NCBI RefSeq assembly: GCF_001194135.2
Contig: NC_068986.1
Span: 3,225,453-3,278,109 of the forward strand
DNA length: 52,657 nucleotides
Reading direction: 5' to 3'
Source of the DNA: Octopus bimaculoides
Taxonomy: Eukaryota
Shown here piece by piece: positions 47,090 through 52,657 of the stretch. The notes beneath the pieces were generated by a model. The model worked only from the letters and a program-made list of their open reading frames with translations. It was not told the DNA's origin and made no database searches. The position numbers were made by a program, and so were the translations under genes. Position 1 is the first letter of the stretch; the number at the start of each line of letters is the position of its first letter.

Positions 47090-49388
47090 TTGCAGTTTTA
47101 AGCATTGGAGAGGCACTTCATCAGACTTGCATCAAAGGCATGTTATTACATTGTGTATCTTTTAGACGTTGTTGTTAGGAAAATATTAAAAGAGTGTATG
47201 TTGGTGAGGGGGGAATCAAGTGGGTGGATACATATAAAGATAGGAGGGAGAAAGGGAAAGAGGGGGAGGAAAAACGAATGGAAGAAGACGAAAGTGAAGT
47301 GGAAAGAGGTGAAGAGAAAGGAGGAGGAGAAGAAGAAGAAGAAGAAAAAAAAGATGATGATGATGATGATGATGATGATGATACAGTGAGCAGTGCTGCA
47401 TATAGCAAAACTGTTTATCTGGTAGTATGCTGGCGGTGTGTCAAACAGTAATGGGAGAACCAATGCTACCAAAATTCGTCCAATGGAATACGATGTATTT
47501 GACCACACAAAGAGCAAAAATGTGTGCAACAACTTCAAGTGAAAAGATCTCTTAAATAGATTCAAGACAATTATCCAGAGTCGAAAGATGAGGATGTTAA
47601 TGATGTATGTTGTGGGTAGACCTAATTTATGACCTTTGTGTGTTTCAGCCCTGGGAAAGGGATATAAGTAGGAACAGTAAAAGATGAAGAGATGGAAGAA
47701 GAGGGGAGGCCCTGAAGGGGGGGGGGGTCAGGAGGAGTTCCAACTATAAATGTTTTTAAACAATAAATGTTATATATGTATAGCCAAAATAAAAGTAAAA
47801 ATAACAAATAAAATAATAATAATAATAAAATGAGACATATGGGCAGAATGATATATACTTATATCATTATATATAGTTCTTCATCTTGAGTTTACTTGGT
47901 AGAGTGTGTTTGTTAACTTGACAACAAGGTCAAGGTGAGCTCTGATTGGCTTTATGCAACTGAGTTCCTTACTGGGGTCCGGAACACATGTGGGGAAAAA
48001 AATTCGCATCCGGGACAACGCCTTTTCTATTTTTGTCTGCTGAGAGCATGAGGCAGTAATAAATTAGAAGAAATCGAAATGATGCACACACATAACATAT
48101 ACACCCATATTTGTATTTTGTGAATAATCATAGCACATTAGCACGCACGTTCATACACTCATATGGGAGTACCGGCAAGTAAATTCATAAACATTTATTT
48201 TTCGCTTTATTAAACCAATCCAAGTACCAACCAGCTGTGGGCACCTAACTAGAACAACTGGTCTATGACAAAAACAAAAGTAACATAAACTTGGAACAGC
48301 GATTTAAGGCTAATCAAACTTAACGGATTCTTCCGGAAGCTTCAATGCAGGCGGGTCTAACAGCCGAGTATAATCGCTAGACTACCTATACAGAGTTTTT
48401 ATTTTTAGTGGTGAAGGTTTGTGTGGGACGAACTACACTTTTTGGAAATGTCATTAATAAAAGAGAGTCGTCGTTAAATGTTTTCCACAAACTCATTTAA
48501 CAGCAGACCCGAGTCTTTTCTGCAAAGAGTCCTCCATTTAATGGGTTAATTGCCTTTGTCGCGGCTTAGAGTCTAACCCACCCACGTAAGCTAAATGCAC
48601 ACCTGGCCACCAAACAAGAAATACCCAAGTCCTCGTGGCTGTGTGGTAAGAAGTTTGCTTCAAACTACATCGCATTAGCATTAACTCTCTTAAACTAAAC
48701 TAAATGAACTTAAATGCCATAGTCCTGCCTTCTCTTTAACTTTATTCATCTATATATATATATATATATATATATATNNNNNNNNNNNNNNNNNNNNNNN
48801 NNNNNNNNNNNNNNNNNNNNNNNNNNNNNNNNNNNNNNNNNNNNNNNNNNNNNNNNNNNNNNNNNNNNNNNNNNNNNNNNNNNNNNNNNNNNNNNNNNNN
48901 NNNNNNNNNNNNNNNNNNNNNNNNNNNNNNNNNNNNNNNNNNNNNNNNNNNNNNNNNNNNNNNNNNNNNNNNNNNNNNNNNNNNNNNNNNNNNNNNNNNN
49001 NNNNNNNNNNNNNNNNNNNNNNNNNNNNNNNNNNNNNNNNNNNNNNNNNNNNNNNNNNNNNNNNNNNNNNNNNNNNNNNNNNNNNNNNNNNNNNNNNNNN
49101 NNNNNNNNNNNNNNNNNNNNNNNNNNNNNNNNNNNNNNNNNNNNNNNNNNNNNNNNNNNNNNNNNNNNNNNNNNNNNNNNNNNNNNNNNNNNNNNNNNNN
49201 NNNNNNNNNNNNNNNNNNNNNNNNNNNNNNNNNNNNNNNNNNNNNNNNNNNNNNNNNNNNNNNNNNNNNNNNNNNNNNNNNNNNNNNATATATATACATT
49301 TAATACTGTGAAACTTAATTTAATTTCAATTTTTAATAAATTGATTTTAATTAAGTTTTTACCTGTAATTTTGGATTCTTATCCCTAA

Positions 49389-49427
<39 letters not shown>

Positions 49428-49687
49428 TATATATCATATAACGCAATTATTGGATGGCCGCTTCTAAGTTTCTGAGTTCCTCCAGCCTTTGACGGGCTGT
49501 ATTTTACCTCCAGCACGGTGTCCCAAAACCGCCCTCCTCCAATGCTACTGGTAATATAACTCGCTACAACTTGTTACGTAATCGGACCGTCGCCAACTAA
49601 CCGGCAACACCATCAAGGTCAAATATAAAACGACATATATAGTGTAAATAGCAAATACTTAACATTTTTAAAACAATGAATTTTATT

Positions 49688-49718
<31 letters not shown>

Positions 49719-49840
49719 GTCAATTCAAACATGAACAAGCAAGAAAAAAAACACGAAAAAACAACGCGAGGACGTGGAATAAGTATAGTGTTATTGGACG
49801 TGTGTGCGTGCGTGCGTGCGTGTGCGTGTATACATACATA

Positions 49841-50010
49841 CAGGCGCAGGAGTGGCTGTATGGTGAGGAGCTTGCTTACCAACTACATGGTCCTGGCTTC
49901 AGTCCCACTGCGTGGTACCTTGGGCAAGTGTCCTCTACTATAGCCTCGGGCCGACCAAAGCCCTAGGAATGGATTTGGTAGACGGAAGCTGGAAGAAGCC
50001 CGTCGTATAT
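49841..50010 (+). mobile_element. SINE family A, 5' half (tRNA head), truncated by a microsatellite and gap
   Basis: caggcgcaggagtggctgtatggtgaggagcttgcttaccaactacatggtcctggcttcagtcccactgcgtgg...gaagcccgtcgtatat. Confidence 0.85.
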
Positions 50011-50023
50011 GTATCTATCTATC

Positions 50024-50090
<67 letters not shown>

Positions 50091-50430
50091 NNNNNNNNNN
50101 NNNNNNNNNNNNNNNNNNNNNNNNNNNNNNNNNNNNNNNNNNNNNNNNNNNNNNNNNNNNNNNNNNNNNNNNNNNNNNNNNNNNNNNNNNNNNNNNNNNN
50201 NNNNNNNNNNNNNNNNNNNNNNNNNNNNNNNNNNNNNNNNNNNNNNNNNNNNNNNNNNNNNNNNNNNNNNNNNNNNNNNNNNNNNNNNNNNNNNNNNNNN
50301 NNNNNNNNNNNNNNNNNNNNNNNNNNNNNNNNNNNNNNNNNNNNNNNNNNNNNNNNNNNNNNNNNNNNNNNNNNNNNNNNNNNNNNNNNNNNNNNNNNNN
50401 NNNNNNNNNNNNNNNNNNNNNNNNNNNNNN

Positions 50431-50535
50431 CGATGCATTGAAGGTACTTTATTGTAGCAACAATTATAATAGCAGAAACAACAACAATAAGCCAAACCTA
50501 TGCACATTTCAATAGAGTATACCTTCAATGCATCG
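50431..50535. repeat. Inverted repeat (16-bp perfect, ~24 bp imperfect) abutting an assembly gap
   Basis: cgatgcattgaaggta (50431-50446) is the exact reverse complement of taccttcaatgcatcg (50520-50535). Confidence 0.8.
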
Positions 50536-52214
50536 ATTTTGAGCTCTATTCTTTAAGATATATATATATATATATCTATATATATATATATATACAAAAA
50601 CTCACCTGTGAGGTTTTTGCTAAGACTGTTAACAGATACTATATATTTTATGAAATTTTGTTTTATAAAAATATATATATATATATATACTAAAATGATC
50701 AATAACTGACAAAAACGACAAATATATCAATTTTTAAAAATCAAAGGAAGTTATTTAAGCACTTACTCCCAATGCTGTCCTTGTCGTAACCTTTCACAAA
50801 TGGGAAAAAAACGAAAATAGCATATGCAAATGTTTAAAAGCACACCCGTAAAAGATAGGCTTCACCGGTCAAACTAGTTTCGATTAGAAAACTTAAATTA
50901 TGCTGCAGAGACAGACTACTGCTTGGGAATAGATTAGAATCAGTTCTAAAAATTCAGTTCATCCTGGGGTGTGAATAACACTAAACGAGAATATAAAATA
51001 CCGGTGAAAGATCATTTCAGTGATTTTATAACAATTTCCTTGTATCTGTGCTACTATTTCATTGTCCAATTAAAATAACTACGGCTAAATTACGCATGCG
51101 GGATCCGAAAGGGGAGTTGTGTTGTTATTGTTGTCTGTCCTGGGTCAGTTCTGATCGAGTAGAATTATAATCGAAGACATTCTAACTATGGCCATTTAGG
51201 AGTATGTAGTGCTACATTATGTACTGTGGTCTTCCTTCATTTAAGAATGGCGAGGATTCTAAAGAGATTGGATGCTGTTTCTAATGAGTTCAGTGATCAT
51301 TGAGAGGCTACCTCGTTGACTCGGTTGTGCCAAATTATTATTTGCACATCAAATTACGAGAATCGGTAAAGCGTCATTACAACTACCTTGTTTTATTAGT
51401 TACGTGTCTCAGTTTTGAGTTCAAATCCCACCGTGAGAGACATCGTTTTTCATCCTTCTGGGATTAAATAAAGAGCAGTCAAGTACTGGTAAACCGACTA
51501 TACCCGTCTCACCGAATTTAACATATTTTACTTATGCTAGTTATAAATATTATTTGTAATGCTATATAAGGCAGCGAGCTTGGAGGATAGTTAGGGCGTC
51601 ATGTATACACACACATGCGAATGTACACGCGTACACAAACGAACACACACATATGCATACACACACGAAAGTATATGCATGCACATACACACAAATGTAT
51701 ACACGCAAGCTGAAAAGTTGTAAACAGCTCAGATTTACTCTAATGGAAGTTCCAATTAAAAAGACAATAAAGTTATTTTTAATATACAAAATGAAATTCT
51801 TATCTATTGTTTTTGATATTCCCGTGTCAAATGTGTTTTGTTATCAACACATTCAGTATTATTAGTATATTTCATAACTTAGTTGAGCAAACGACAACTC
51901 TTAATCAAGTTTTTATTAAGCATAAACATGATGTAAATGGGAAAACAGTTTTATTAAATTTGAAGATTTTATTGAAATTCTAGAAATCAAAAGTTTCGGC
52001 AGTTAACCATCCAAGGAAACTGGAGTGATCGGAGGAAACACTCACATTCGAGTATTTGAACTACAACACATGCGTTGATAATGAAATACTATTAAGAGCT
52101 GCGATGAACCCCAAGTTCCTGTAAATGATGTCATATCTCTAGCTATCAGAGCCTTGGGAATTCTGAGCATATTGTCATCACTTCGACTTACATATGTTTT
52201 TGTGTTTATTACTA

Positions 52215-52420
52215 AAGGTACAAGGCCTAAAATTTTGGGGAGAGGGGCTAGTCGATTATATCGAGCCTAGTGTTCGACTGGTATTTATTTCATTGACCCC
52301 GCAACAGGATAAAAAGGAAAAGTCGACCTCGGCGGAATTTGAACTCAGAACGTAAAGACGAACGAAACGCCGCTAAGCGTTTTGCCCGGTGTTTAAACGA
52401 TTCTGGCAGCATGCCGCCTT
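52215..52420 (-). mobile_element. SINE family B copy
   Basis: ggtacaaggcc...gtcgattatatcgagcc...gtcgacctcggcggaatttgaactcagaacgtaaagacg...aacgattctggcagcatgccgcctt. Confidence 0.88.
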
Positions 52421-52657
52421 TGCAGGGCGGGGCATAAATAATGAGATTGTGGACGCTTTCTACTACATAAAGTTAGTCATAAGCACTGGAGGGGGGGGGA
52501 TTCTTGAAGGTGCTTTCCACCAGGTGACGTTTGCTTTGAGGGGTTTTTTTTTTTTTTTATTGGCATGGTAAAACTTGAATGTACAAGAAATTGAAATGTT
52601 TTAAATCAAGGGGTACATATATTGGTATGAGTGGAATTTTGGGTAAATTTGGACAAG

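Noticed and set aside
47194-47451. Acidic E/D-rich ORF
   Set aside because: It derives from (GAA)n(GAT)n simple repeats and has no convincing splice context or homology.
47410-47520. WRC...C...H pattern suggesting a FLYWCH/MULE transposase relic
   Set aside because: Two stops interrupt it and the spacing is poor; indistinguishable from chance.

Overview
Repeat-rich, AT-rich eukaryotic DNA with six N gaps. The tRNA-derived SINE families and microsatellite style point to an octopus (coleoid cephalopod) genome; that is my inference from recognising the repeats, not a database result. Three spliced protein-coding genes can be rebuilt by hand with canonical GT-AG junctions and consistent phases. 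(1) The last three coding exons of a cyclophilin B/C-type PPIase on + (548-641, 2146-2330, 6804-6968; exon 1 lies outside the window). (2) A complete 225-aa paralogous cyclophilin with a signal peptide on - (26120-25872, 23676-23583, 21562-21378, 19671-19522), convergent with the first. (3) A six-coding-exon failed-axon-connections (FAX/FAXC, metaxin-like GST fold) gene on - (45370/45361-45228, 42692-42566, 39876-39680, 37221-37022, 35740-35624, 34776-34658; 297 aa from the first in-frame ATG). Also present: a lone, diverged full-length 5S rRNA copy in a FAX intron; a decayed Ty3/Gypsy pol remnant with intact DD35E; LINE fragments resembling R4/Dong, Tx1/L1 and CRE; two hAT-type MITEs with 8-bp TSDs; a 145-bp foldback element inside a ~36-bp minisatellite; and dozens of SINE copies, some in tandem multimers or long inverted pairs. 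I cannot demonstrate a wholly new system. The best leads are the divergent cyclophilin pair (shared QMGD and MANHG changes beside an otherwise intact active site), the SINE-adjacent orphan 5S copy, a conserved hairpin shared by two SINE families, and a ~550-bp intronic foldback. SINE family labels A, B, D, F are my own working names.
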